A program made the translations under genes and the position numbers. The notes under the pieces are model-generated. The model saw nothing but the letters and a program-made list of their open reading frames with translations. It was not told the DNA's origin and made no database searches. This document shows, piece by piece, positions 24,156 through 36,641 of a stretch of DNA of 64,000 nucleotides. The DNA is taken from the NCBI RefSeq assembly GCF_963921235.1, contig NC_086097.1:245708001-245772000 (forward strand), read 5' to 3'. This DNA is from Mobula hypostoma. Taxonomy: Eukaryota. Each line of letters begins with the position of its first letter. The stretch's first letter is position 1.

Positions 24156-26785
24156 AAGATGGCGGAGTGACGCAGCGCGCATGGCCGTTCCGAATGATAT
24201 CGTATGTGTTAACTAGGGGGCCATGCACAATCCTGATTTGATGGAGACAGACGTGAGAAGCAAGGCCCCAAATCCTCGGCTTTGCCTATTGCCTGTTGCC
24301 GGGGCCGGGGTCGAAGTGCTTGGCAGAGATGGTGCTCGGTGCTCAGTGTCAGAGGCTCAAACTTTTCGGACGGACTCAAGAGTCGGCTGTGGTCAGGTGC
24401 TTCCAGGGTGCTGCATCGGCAAGTTTGCGGTGCTGGAGGTTCATGGCAGGAAGAGTTTTTCTTCCTTCTACCGTCTGCGTGAGATGATGGGACTTTCGAG
24501 AGACTTTGAGACTTTTTTTTTACTGTGCCCATGGTCTGTTCTTTATCAAATTACGGTATTGCTTTGCACTGTTGCAACTATATGTTATAATTACGTGGTT
24601 TTTGTCAGTTTTTTTAGTCTTGGTTTGTCTTGTGTTTCTGTGATATAGAAACATAGAAACATAGAAAATAGGTGCAGGAGTAGGCCATTCGGCCCTTCGA
24701 GCCTGCACCGCCATTTATTATGATCATGGCTGATCATCCAACTCAGAACCCAGCCTTCCCTCCATACCCCCTGACCCCTGTAGCCACAAGGGCCATATCT
24801 AACTTCCTTTTAAACATAGCTAATGAACTGGCCTCAACAGTTTGCTGTGGCAGAGAATTCCACAGATTCACCACTCTCTGTGTGAAGAAGTTTTTCCTAA
24901 TCTCGGTCCTAAAAGGCTTCCCCTCTATCCTCAAACTGTGACCCCTCGTTCTGGACCTCCCCAACATCGGGAACAATCTTCCCGCATCTAGCCTGTCCAA
25001 TCCCTTTAAGATCTTATACGTTTCAATCAGATCCCCCCTCAATCTTCTAAATTCCAACGAGTACAAGCCCAGTTCATCCAGTCTTTCTTCATATGAAAGA
25101 CCTGCCATCCCAGGAATCAATCTGGTGAACCTTCTTTGTACTCCCTCTATGGCAAAGATGTCTTTCCTCAGATTAGGGGACCAAAACTGCACACAATACT
25201 CCAGGTGTGGTCTCACCAAGGCCTTGTACAACTGCAGTAGGACCTGCCTGCTCCTGTACTCGAATCCTCTCGCTATAAATGCCAGCATACCGTTCGCCTT
25301 TTTCACCGCCTGCTGTACCTGCATGCCCACTTTCAATGACTGGTGTATAATGACACCCAGGTCTCGTTGCACCTCCCCTTTTCCTAATCGGCCACCATTC
25401 AGATAATAATCTGTTTTCCTATTTTTGCCACCAAAGTGGATAACTTCACGTTTATCCACATTAAATTGCATCTGCCATGAGTTTGCCCACTCACCCAACC
25501 TATCCAAGTCACCCTGCATCCTCTTAGCATCCTCCTCACTGCTAACACTGCCACCCAGCTTCGTGTCATCCGCAAACTTGGAGATGCTGCATTTAATTCC
25601 CTCATCCAAGTCATTAATATATATTGTAAACAACTGGGGTCCCAGCACTGAGCCTTGCGGTACCCCACTAGTCACCGCCTGCCATTCTGAAAAGGTCCCG
25701 TTTATTCCCACTCTTTGCTTCCTGTCTGCTAACCAATTCTCCACCCACACCAATACCTTACCCCCAATACCGTGTGCTTTAAGTTTGCACACTAATCTCC
25801 TGTGTGGGACCTTGTCAAAAGCCTTTTGAAAATCCAAATATACCACATCCACTGGTTCTCCCCTATCCACTCTACTAGTTACATCCTCAAAAAATTCTAT
25901 GAGATTCGTCAGACATGATTTTCCTTTCACAAATCCATGCTGACTTTGTCCAATCATTTCACCGCTTTCCAAATGTGCTGTTATCACATCCTTGATAACT
26001 GACTCCAGCAGTTTCCCCACCACCGACGTTAGGCTAACCGGCCTATAATTCCCCGGTTTCTCTCTCCCTCCTTTTTTAAAAAGTGGGGTTACATTAGCCA
26101 CCCTCCAATACTCAGGAACTAGTCCAGAATCTAACGAGTTTTGAAAAATTATCACTAATGCATCCACTATTTCTTGGGCTACTTCCTTAAGCACTCTGGG
26201 ATGCACACCATCTGGCCCTGGGGATTTATCTGCCTTCAATCCCTTCAATTTACCTAACACCACTTCCCTACTAACATGTATTTCGCTCAGTTCCTCCATC
26301 TCACTGGACCCTCTGTCCCTTACTATTTCTGGAAGATTATTTATGTCCTCCTTAGTGAAGACAGAACCAAAGTAATTATTCAATTGGTCTGCCATGTCCT
26401 TGCTCCCCATAATCAATTCACCTGTTTCTGTTTGCAGGGGACCTACATTTGTCTTTATCAGTCTTTTCCTTTTTACATATCTATAAAAGCTTTTACAGTC
26501 CGTTTTTATGTTCTCTGCCAGTTTTCTCTCATAATCTTTTTTCCCCTTCCTAATTAAGCCCTTTGTCCTCCTCTGCTGAACTCTGAATTTCTCCCAGTCC
26601 TCAGGTGAGCCACTTTCTCTGGCTAATTTGTATGCTACTTCTTTGGAATTGATACTATCCCTAATTTCTCTTGTCAGCCACGGGTGCACTACCATACCGG
26701 AGAAACATTGTATCATTTCTTAATACATGCATTATTAAGTGACAATAAAAGAGGACTGCGTGTCCTCATAATCTAATCTAATCTA
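24156..26785 (+). mobile_element. Non-autonomous ~650-bp retroelement (copy 2), split into 24156-24646 and 26693-26785 by a CR1
   Basis: Joining the halves (tgtgatat|cataccggag) restores the sequence seen uninterrupted in copies 1 and 3. Hairpin 26751-26767; (ATCTA)3 at 26771-26785. Confidence 0.8.
24647..26692 (-). mobile_element. Young CR1-type LINE, 5'-truncated, with open RT reading frame
   Basis: ORF 24743-26716 has no stops over ~650 aa: KSPGPDGVHP, NYRPVSLTS, QHGFVKGKSC, YLDFQKAFDKVPH, GVPQGSVLGP, FADD. (TTTCTATG)n tail at the left end. Confidence 0.95.
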
Positions 26786-27209
26786 AAATAAAGAGGAAAA
26801 TAAGACAGCATCTGGGGAGGGAAAAGCAGAACCATCATTTTCACGTTTGTGCCCTTTTGTCTTAAACCTGATCTATCCCAGGCTATCCATTACCACTGTG
26901 TAGCTGACCTCCCTCAACACTGGAGACATTTTGAGTAGATAGTTTGTGCTTTATCTCTAAGAAATGAAACATAGAACATAGCAAAATTAGCGCATTGCAG
27001 GCCTTTCAGTCCACGATGCTGTGCTGACTTTTAACCTACTCTATGATCAATCTACCCCTTCCCTCCAACATAGCCCTCCATTTTTAATGCCCCTAATATA
27101 TCTGCCCTGGCAGGGCGTTCCACATACTGACCATAGTGTGTAAAAATTTTACCTCTGATTTCACTCCCCCCCCATCACTTTCCTCCAATCACTTTAAAAT
27201 TATGCTTAG

Positions 27210-27780
27210 TACATTCTCTCTGGTCCTGTCCCGGCATTCAAGAATTTTGGATTCTGATACATAAGTATATTGGAGAAGTTTCAGGTATTCAACTCCCTTT
27301 CTGCCCGAGACTCTTTGTCTTGGGAGACACACTTGGGTTACTTGGGGATAAACACTGTCAAAATTGGATCCAGACAAGTATAATGATAGGAAGACAAATT
27401 ATACTTAGGGGTTGGAGGAACTTGTGGGGGGACCATCATTTCAGGAGTGGGTCACAGAAACAGCCAAAGTGGCAGCTTTTGAACGCATGTCTGACAAACA
27501 GTTTGATAGATTGGACATCTATACACAAAAATAGGGCAAATGTTTAGGTTTCCTGGGGGTGGGGGAAATAGTGGTGAAGCATATTGCTGAATGGCAGTCT
27601 TTTCTGTTATTAGAGGTCTAAATAGACACACATGGTTAGTATATTGATATTTATTTCTGCCATGTTTGTTTTTATTTTATGGATAATTTTATGTTTTGTA
27701 AGCTATGATTTACATAATTCCAACACTGACTTGAGGGTTTGGGGTTAAAAAATTTTCTAGAAATAAAATTTTAAAAGAAT
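27210..27780 (+). mobile_element. Degenerate L1-like ORF2 3' fragment
   Basis: Pieces GIQLPFCPRLFVLGD, QTSIMIGRQIILRGWR, KVAAFERM followed by a T-rich 3' UTR and aataaaa. Confidence 0.45.
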
Positions 27781-29826
27781 GCTCCCTCAGTTTAGTTATT
27801 TCCACCCTGGGAAAAGTCTCTGGCTGTCCACTCGATCTATGTCTGTTATCATCTTGTACACCTCTATCAATTCAGCTCTCATCCTCCTTTGCTCCAAAGA
27901 GAGCCTCACTCAACCTATCCTGATAAGACATGCTCTCTAATCCAGTCTTTTTTCCTGGTAAATCTCGTCTGCACCCTCTCTTAAACTTTCACATCCTTCT
28001 CATAAAGAGGCAAGCAGAACTGAACACGATATTCCAAGTGTGGTCTAATCAGGGTTTTACAGAGCTGCAACATTATCTCACAGCTTTTTCAAAGCAAGAG
28101 GCCCCAAAATTAATATGATAGCATCTCCCACCAGTGTTTCTTTTATCATAATTTGCTTTTCTTTAACCAAATTATCTTATTATTAATCCAGAAATGCTAT
28201 TTGCCTTATGGAGCAACCATCTCAACATTAAACTGCCTCCAAAGGTTTGTGTGGTATTTGCTCCAGTTTCTGTGTTCCTGTACTCCTTTTAAATTTGTTT
28301 GTTCATTATATTCTGTCTTATATGACATGAATGATCATGGTCTTTCCATGACCATGACTGCTCTTGGCAAATTCCTCTACAGAAGTGGTTTGCCATTCCC
28401 TCCTTCCGGGCAGTGTCTTTACAAGCTGGATGACTCCAGCCATTATCAATCTCTTTGGAGATTGTCTGCCTGGTGTCAGTGGTCGCTTAACCAGGACTTG
28501 TGATCTGCACCGGCTGCTCATGGTGACCATCCACCACCTGCTCCTGTAGCTTCTCATGACCCTAATCGGAAGACTAAGCAGGTGCTACACCTTGCCCAAG
28601 GGTGACCTGCAGGCTAGTGGATGGAGCACCTTACAGCTCCATTGGTAGAAACATATCTTCAGCCTGCCACCCTCCTTTCAAATTAGCAATAATTTGATTC
28701 ATACTCACAGACAAATTCTCATCCTGCACTGGTCACTTTCCATCCTTTTTTTGCTGCTGTTTTACAAATTTATACTTCTGCTTGTTTTAGTATAACTATC
28801 AGTAACATTGGACTGTCTTACATAAACATGCATCGTGCAGTTTATGTCAACCTGTCCATCTTCAGGCCATGCTACTCTGGGACTTGTGTTGACCGTATGT
28901 GACTGCATCGTAACTCGTATGTGCTGTGTGTGGTTATGTGTATTGTGTTTTCCACCTTGGCCCCAGAGGACTGATGTTTTATGTTGCTGCATACATGTGT
29001 ACTATTTCTTTTGCCTATTACACTGCTGGCGTCTTGGGCAGCAATGAAGGTCCTCCATCTTTGGCGGCGTTCACAGCTTCCTTCATCACGTCAGTAACTT
29101 TTTCTCAGTTTACTGTCATTCATGCAAGCCCCGGGTGGTGACTGAGGAATACCATCTCACACAGATGTAGAAGAATTCTTAATTGCTGTTTCCATAGAAG
29201 TTTTGCTTGACCAGTCAGGGTTGTTAGCCCTGAGCTGAACACCTGAAGCTGGAGGACCGGTGGACCACTCTTAGTCTGACCTCTACCCTTTGACCTGTTT
29301 GGCATGGGTGACCCTACCAAGAGCCAAAGCATGAAATTCAGCATAGCTCTCCGGGTCACTGAAGCATGCAAGCCTCCAAACCGATCGACAAGCTTGTGGT
29401 CCTCGTGGAGGATACATGTGTATGGTTGACTGACAATAAACTCAAACTTGGTGTTACTTCTTTGCATGCTTCCTAAGGTTTTGTAGTTTGTTTCTTTACT
29501 AATGTGCCCATGACCAAAAGCTCCTTAGCTCCCTAGCTTTATTTGTGTTTTTGGCCACAATATGAAAGGTTAATTGCAGGTATTGCTATGGTGTGGTTGC
29601 TGCCAGGTTGCATTCCAGCCTTCCAAACCAAAAATGAGAGTCAAAAATGTGCAGGAGTCCCACTGAAGTGTTAGGAATGTGAATTTCTGTAAAATTGTAA
29701 AGAAGAGCAATTGAAGTGTGGTAGATTTTAATTATTTCAAAGATTTTGTTTCCTGTACAGGATATACACTCAATAGCAACTTCATTAGGTACATCTGTAC
29801 ACAGAAAACAAGGTATAGTGAGAGGA

Positions 29827-30009
29827 ACATACATCAAAGTTGCTGGTGAACGCAGCAGGCCAAGCAGCATCTGTAGGAAGAGGTACAGTCAACGTTTCAG
29901 AGGTCGACTGCACCTCTTCCTACAGATGCTGCTTGGCCTGCTGCGTTCACCAGCAACTTTGATGTATGTTGCTTGAATTTCCAGCATCTGCAGAATTCCT
30001 GTTGTTTGC
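29827..30009. mobile_element. PLE-derived fold-back mini-insertion
   Basis: ~65-bp near-perfect inverted arms; 14-bp direct repeat GTATAGTGAGAGGA at 29813-29826 and 30010-30023. Confidence 0.8.
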
Positions 30010-30038
30010 GTATAGTGAGAGGATCATTTTCACACCTA

Positions 30039-31008
30039 GAAAATGTTAAAAGTGGGGTTCGCAGGGATCAGTTTTGAGGCCACTGCTGTTTTAGATTTAC
30101 ATTAATGATTTGGATAAGCACATAAGAAACAAACTAGTCAAGTTTGCAGGTGACACAAAATTAGGGGGTCATGCTGATAACATTCAGCCAGCAGAATCAA
30201 TACAGTTGAATCTTTAACAAAATCCAGGCATGGGCAGATAAATGGCAGATGAAATTTAACGTAAGTAAATGTAAAATATTACATATAAGAAGTAAAAATA
30301 TTAGATATAAATACACATGGGGGGGTGGCGTTGAGCCTTGGAAGGCGCACTGTATGAGTGTCCTGGTAGACTCATTACTATCAACATCTGGAAAATGCAC
30401 AGAACTGATTAGGAAGGCTAGTAGAATGTTGGGCTATATAATGCGTTCAGTGGAGTTCAAGTCTAGAGATGTTCTCCTTAAGCTGTATAATGCGTTTGTG
30501 AGGCCACACCTTGTACTATTTTGGTCTGCATATTTTCTGAGGGATGTGAAGGCACTGGAGAGAGTTTAGAGAAGGGCAACGAGACTCATTTCAGGTCTGC
30601 AGAGTATCAGCTATGAAGAAAGACTGAAAGAATTTAATCTTTTTAGCCTAAGCGGACGTAGAATGACAGCAGACATGATAGAGGTGTTCAAAATCATTAA
30701 GGGTATAAGTAAGGTGGATGCCAGCTGTTACTTCAAAATTAATCCATCAACGAGGACATAGGGCCATAGGTGGAGACTGGTTAAAGGGAGATTTCAGACT
30801 AACATCAGGAAGCATTTCTTTACACAGTGAGTTGTGGACGCATGGAACAAACTACCTAGTTCTGTAGTTGAGAGTAGTACCTTAGAGACTTTCAAATCTA
30901 AACTCAATAGTTATTTCAACACACTATGTGAATTGGAATTTGGCAAGCTTTGTTAGGCCGAATGACCTCTTCTTGTCAAAAACTTTCTAATGTTAGAATG
31001 TTCTAATG
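30039..31008 (+). mobile_element. CR1-type LINE of a distinct subfamily, 3' part
   Basis: MKFNVSKCKILH…LKLYNAFVRPHL; (TTCTAATG)-type tail. Confidence 0.8.
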
Positions 31009-31706
31009 GATAGCCAGAGACTTTCTCCCAGGGAGGAGATGGCTAATACAAGGGAGCATAATTTTAAAGTGATTGGAGGAAAGAATGGGGGGAGGGATAT
31101 CAGAGGTACGTTTTTTATAATGTTAAAATTCACCGCACCTCTGCCTGATGTGTTGTGGCTTGTTTGATTTTGTGGCAGATGTAAAATATCACAGAATATG
31201 TATCTGTTGATTGCTCTATAAAGATTTGATTTACTAGAGTGAGAAAGAAAGTGAAAACCATGGAATATTTGAGGTAAAACGTGTGGAAGACCAGTTCAAA
31301 GCCTTAGTCAATGTAACTAATCAGTTTCAAATGCAGTTGGCCCGAGAGCAGTTCTGAAGTGGTACAAGATGCCAGAGTCATCAGAAATGAAGCATTTAAC
31401 TCTGAAACTACTTGTATGATGATATTTCAAGTCATCTGAGCCAGTGTCGGAATCAGATTATATCAAGATCAGACTCTTTAGAAAACACATTACGTATATT
31501 GGTATCATGAATTGTTTAAAAAGAGACCAGTGTTTAGTTTGTGTTTAGAGTCATCGAATAGTACAGCACAGAAACAGGCCCTTCAGCCATCTAGTCCCTG
31601 CCAACCCATTTAAACTGCCTAGTCCCATTAACCTGCACCAGGACCATGGTCCTTCAGCCCACAACATTGTGCTGATCTTTTAACCTCCTCCAACATCAAT
31701 CTAAAC

Positions 31707-32042
31707 CATAAGACAAAGGAGCAGAAGTCGGCCATTCGGCCCATCGAGTCTGCTCCGCCGTTTTATCATGAGCTAATTCATTCTCCTATTTAGTCCCACG
31801 CCCTCACCTTCTCACCATAACCTTTGATGCCCTGGCTACTCAGATACCTATCAATCTCTGCCTTAAATACACCCAATGACTTGGCCTCCACTGCCGCCCG
31901 TGGCAACAAATTCCGTAGAATCACCACCCTCTGGCTAAAAAAATTTCTTCGCATCTCTGTTCCCAAATGTTCCCAACCTGCGGCCTATGGATCCCTTGCT
32001 TAATGGTATGGTCCATGGCATAAAAAAGGTTGGGAACCCCTG
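31707..32042. mobile_element. hAT (Charlie-like) MITE with nested CR1 3' fragment (related copies ~36300-36355, 60260-60644)
   Basis: Ends …ggttgggaacccctg; 8-bp TSD ATCTAAAC at 31699-31706 and 32043-32050, fitting the Charlie NTCTARAN target. Confidence 0.7.
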
Positions 32043-32267
32043 ATCTAAACATTACTTTCTACATAACCCTCCATTTTTCTATCAACCATGTGCCTATATA
32101 AAAGTCTCCTAAATGCCCCTAATATATCTCACTCTACCACCACCCAGGCAGGGCATTCTACGCATACAGCACTCCCGGTATAAAAAACCTGACATCTTAA
32201 AAAACCCCGTACTTTCTTCCAATCATCTTAAAATTATGCTCCTCATATTAGCAGATAATTTGATATA

Positions 32268-32808
32268 CAGTACTGTGCAAAAGCCTTGAGCACAACTCGG
32301 GTGCCCAAGACTTTTGCACAGGACTGTATTTGTCAATGTGGAGTGGAGAGCAAGTTTGTCAATCTAGCAGGAGCAAACTATGTTGGAAATCATGGGGATG
32401 GAACACTGCTGGAGGGTTGTGGGACAGGTGGCAGAGAAAGAGAGCCAGGGCGCGGGGGGTGGGGAGGGGTGGCGCACCCAACCCCTGAGACACCAGGCAA
32501 GGTCATTTGATTCCAAACTATAGGTTTATTGATCATTACAGAACGTCCATCTGGTGCTTCCCGCTCCCTCCCCTCTCCCTTCCCATTTTCCCAACCATGA
32601 TTCCCCTCTCCCTGCCCCCTTCCCATTCTCAGTCCACAATAGAGACCCATATCAGAATCAGATTTATCATCACTCAGATCTGCCATGAAATTTGTTTTTT
32701 TTTTGCTGCAACAGTACTATGCAATACATAAAATTACAACATTTCTGTGCAAAGGTCTTAGGCACACTAGCTACATATACATGTACCTAAGACTCTTGCA
32801 CAGTACTG
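32268..32808. mobile_element. Composite Tc1/mariner-type MITE
   Basis: TA-flanked; outer TIRs CAGTACTGTGCAA…TTGCACAGTACTG; inner TIR copies at ~32301-32326 and ~32745-32765. Confidence 0.75.
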
Positions 32809-33049
32809 TAGAATTCTTTGATGTATTTTTAAAGCACTTTGTAATGTCTATTTAATCATGTTTCTTTGTGTCATTCTAAGATATATTACCAGGTTTGCAT
32901 ACTGTAATGACTGACAATTTTTCCTGTACATAAAGAGGGAAGGGAAAATATATAAGTAATTCAAATATTGTTGTGTGTAATGTCATAGACAAGTAAAGAA
33001 TAACAATTGCTTGGTATTCTCTACATCCTGAACCTCGGAATTTGTTTCA

Positions 33050-33420
33050 GTGAGTTTTAGTTCCCCTGGAGATTAACTTTGATCTTTGTCAAATTCAGAT
33101 ATTTCAAGCCCCTTGTAACTGATAACTAAGTGGAATTAGTTTCTCACATCAGATTACAGTCTGTCATGGTGATTGGTTGCAACAGTGAGCACTGATGATC
33201 GCTGTCTGTAAAAATCTGCCTCTACGTTCTGATCGCATCAAAGGAATGTGCTCCCCCCACTGCTTTGACAGCTGCTCCCAATGGCTTTTTCTTACGCAGA
33301 AAATTAATTGGAAAAACGCGGGGACAGAAACCATTAGGTGGGGGTCAGCGCTGCAGCGAGGTTACGCTGGCCTTTGAGAACTCTTTTTCTTCAGAGAGCC
33401 AAGTTGCTGGAGCCAGAAAC
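33050..33420. promoter_or_regulatory. Candidate GLI3 intronic enhancer (TCF/LEF plus MEIS/PBX motif cluster)
   Basis: CTTTGATCT 33077-33085, CTGTCA 33161-33166, TGATTGGT 33170-33177, GCATCAAAGG 33235-33244, TGACAGCT 33266-33273, CCTTTGA 33371-33377; TE-free with local CpG retention. Confidence 0.45.
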
Positions 33421-33974
33421 TGTCCCTGAGAGAGGACAGGGGAGCCTTACTGATATCTCAGAACGCCTATTGTAATCACTCAGCCTCGCATGAGAATCTG
33501 GACACAGAACTGTACCAGGCGCTAGTTAGCGCCATCCTAGCGAAACTCAAGTTTGCGACCACTGACATTTTTTCAAAAACTGCGCCAAAGGCCCACTTTT
33601 TAATGTATTTCAAATCACGCCGTTTAATATTTCAGTCTGTTTCTGACCAGAGAAATGTTGATCTAACACACATTTTAAGGTGAGTGAAGGAAGGGGAGGA
33701 TGTCAGAGGTAAGTTTATCTTTACACAGAGAGTGGTGAGTGCGTGGAATGCCCTGCCAGGGGTGGTGAGAGAGGCAGATACATCAGCGACATTTAAGAGC
33801 TCTTAGATAGCCATGTGGATGATAGGAGAATGGAGGGCTATGTGGACAGAGGGGTTAGATTGATCTTAGAGAAAGTTTAATACTTGGCACAACATCATGG
33901 GCCGAAAGGCCTGTGCTGTGATGTAATGTTCTATGTTATATATTTAATGTGGCAGCACAGCTCAAATCTCAAAG

Positions 33975-35305
33975 GAAATTTATTATCAAAGTACATATGT
34001 GTCACCATATACAATCCTGAGATTCAATTTCTTATGGGTATATTCAGTAAATCAAAGAAACATTGAAAGACCACATCCAACAGGACGAACAAACAACTAA
34101 TGTGCAAAAAAATGACAAACTTTGCAAATACAAAAGAAGAAAATGAAATAGTTATATTTGTAAATAAATAAGCAATAACTATCGAGAATATGAGACGAAG
34201 AGTCCTTGAAAGTGAGTCCATAGGTTTTGTGAACTGTTCAGTAATGGGGCTAGTGAAGTTATCCCCAGTGGTGCAAGAGGTTGATGAGTGAGGGGTAATA
34301 ACTGTTCCTGAACTTGGTGTTCTGAGGCCATAAGGCTCTTGAGAAGAGTGAGAGGAGAGAATGGCCTGAATGGAGAGAGTCCTTGATAAGTGATGCTGCT
34401 TTCCTGCTCTGTGTAGATAAGTGCAATGGTGGGAGGGCTTTACCCGTGATAGACTGAGCATATTCTCTATTCTCGTAGGATTTTTCATCCCAGGGCATTG
34501 GTGTTTCCATACCAGGCTGTGATGCAGCCAGTCAATATACTCTCCACCACACACCTGTATAAGTTTGTCAAAGTTTTAGATGTCATGCCAAATCTTCGCA
34601 AACCCCTGAGGAAGTAGAGGCGCTGCCGTGCTTTCTGGGTAATTACACTAACATGGTGGCCTCAGGGCAGGTCCCCTGAAATGATAACACTGGGGAACTT
34701 AAAGTTGCTGACTCTCTCCACCTCTGATCTCCCAGTGAGGACTGTCTCATGGACCTCCGGTTTCCACCTCCTGAAGTCAATAATCAACTCCTTGGTCTTG
34801 CTAACACTGAGTGAGAGGTTGTTGTTGTGGCACCACTCGGCCAGATTATCAATCTCCCTCCCATGTGCTGACTTGTCACCACCTTTGATTTGGCCTATGA
34901 CAGTGATGTCACCAGAAAACTTAAATATGGCATTGGAACCTCACAGTCATAAGTATAAAGCGAGTAGAGCAAGGGGTTAAGCACACAGCCTTGTGTGCTG
35001 ATGGAGCTTGTGGAGGAGATGTTGATGCCAATCGAACTGACTGGGGTCTGCAAGTGAGGAAATTGGGCATCCATTTGCACAAGGAGGTATTGAGGCCAAA
35101 GTTTTGAAGCTTTGGGGGGATGATAATATTGAATGTCAAGCTGTAGTCAATAAGGAGTGTCTTTGATGTGTCCACATGTCCCAAGGTTGAGTGAAATGGC
35201 ATCTGCTGTGGACCTGTTGTGACGGTAGGCAAACTGGAGTGGATCCAAGTTGCTTCTCAGGCAGGAGTTGGTATGTTTCATCGCCAACATCTTACAGCAC
35301 TTCAT
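33975..35305 (-). mobile_element. Rex1/Babar-like LINE, decayed RT/3' region
   Basis: Pieces LLIDYSLTFNIIIP and TQGCVLNPLLYSLYTYDC; homologous to 1776-2545. Confidence 0.7.
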
Positions 35306-35699
35306 GACAGTCACGTAGCGGTTGGCGTAGTAGTGACAGCATCAGTGACAGGAGTTCAATTCCCGCCGCCCTCTGTGAGGAGTGTGTACATTTCCCCATG
35401 CCTATGTGAGTTTTATTCCAGGTGCTCTGGTTTCCTCCCACAGTCACATGATGTAAAGGATTGTGGGTAATTTTGTCAAATGGGAGTAATTGGGCCTCCC
35501 GGGCTCACTGGGCCGGTGAGGGCCTGTTACTGTACTGTATCTCCAAATAACCAATACGTGGTTGTGTTTAGTTTAGTATCACAATGGGTATACCCAGGTT
35601 GTGAATCATAGTTTTGCTATGGCGAAGAGAAATGTAATCTAAAATTCTTAAAAATACATCCATCTCCAGCAATCCGCTGATTTTTGTTTTCTCTTCCAG

Positions 35700-35905
35700 G
35701 CCTCCCTCCCTCTCAGGTAGCCCAGCGTTTTCTGACATCTCGCTCATCAGAATTTCTCCGCACAGAACGCCTGTTGGCACCTCAGAGCCCGTGTTTAACC
35801 CACCACATCCGTACATTAACCCCTACGTGGACTACATTAGGTCTCTGCATAGCAGCCCCTCTCTGTCAATGATCTCTGCGGCCAGGGCACTGAGCCCAAC
35901 TGACG
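35700..35905 (+). CDS. GLI3: GLI3 internal coding exon (equivalent to human exon 5), N-terminal repressor region
   Basis: Polypyrimidine tract then AG at 35698-35699; GTGAG donor at 35906. 206 nt reading (x)[68 protein letters not shown], matching GLI3 ...[35 protein letters not shown]. Missed by the ORF track. Confidence 0.93.
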
Positions 35906-36050
35906 GTGAGCACCATGGGAAGCTTTTCTACCTTAGAATGCTCTAGAACCAGTGAAGTACAAAACGTGTGTATGATTGATGATTGACTGAAACCATTACG
36001 AGTATTTTACAATTTAATTTTTTATTTAGAGTACTTTTCATGCAACATTA

Positions 36051-36641
36051 GACAGCGGCCACTTTATTAGGCACATCTGTACTCCTGCATGATGGGACAA
36101 ATATCTCATCGGCCAATCATGTGGCAGCAACTCAATGCATAAAAGCATGCAGATAAGGTCAAGAGGTTCAGTTACTGTTCAGACCAAACATCAGAATGGG
36201 GAAGGAGTGTCATCGAAGTGACTTTGACCGTGGAATGAGTGTGTTGGTGCCAGACTGGGTAGTTCGCCTGCTGCTGGATCCCCTGGGCTTTTCACACACA
36301 GGGGGTCCCAACCTCTTTCATGCCACAGGCCCCTGCCATTAACCAAGGGTTCCTGCTCTAGAGCTTACAGAGAATGGTTTAAAAAGAAGAAAAAAATAAA
36401 TCATCCAATGAGCGGAGCGGCAACTCTGTGGGTGAAAACACCTTTTTAATGAGAGATGTCAGAGGACAATGGCCAGGCTGGTTCAAGCTGACAGGAAAAG
36501 CGACAGTAACTCAAATAACCACACGTGACAATGGTGGCGTGCAAAAGAACATCTCTGAACAAGCAGCGCCTGGAACCTTGAAGTGGACGGGCTACCTCAG
36601 CAGGAAACCACGATTGTATCTAATAAAGTGGCTGCTGAGTG
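36051..36641 (+). mobile_element. Internally deleted Tc1-like transposon (copy 1) with nested hAT MITE
   Basis: TIRs …gccactttattagg / ctaataaagtggc; TA ends; retains N-terminal transposase coding remnants. Confidence 0.75.

Larger units (their letters stand above)
1..35699 (+). other. GLI3: Long GLI3 intron upstream of the first exon seen (probably intron 4, >35 kb)
   Basis: The first exon starts in phase 2 with no ATG. The preceding GLI3 exon (…FHPPVPIDARHHEGRYHY…) was not recognised anywhere in 1-35699. Confidence 0.7.

Noticed and set aside
24743..26716. Host or domesticated reverse-transcriptase gene
   Set aside because: 5'-truncated CR1 with microsatellite tail and a near-identical second copy; intactness is explained by young age.
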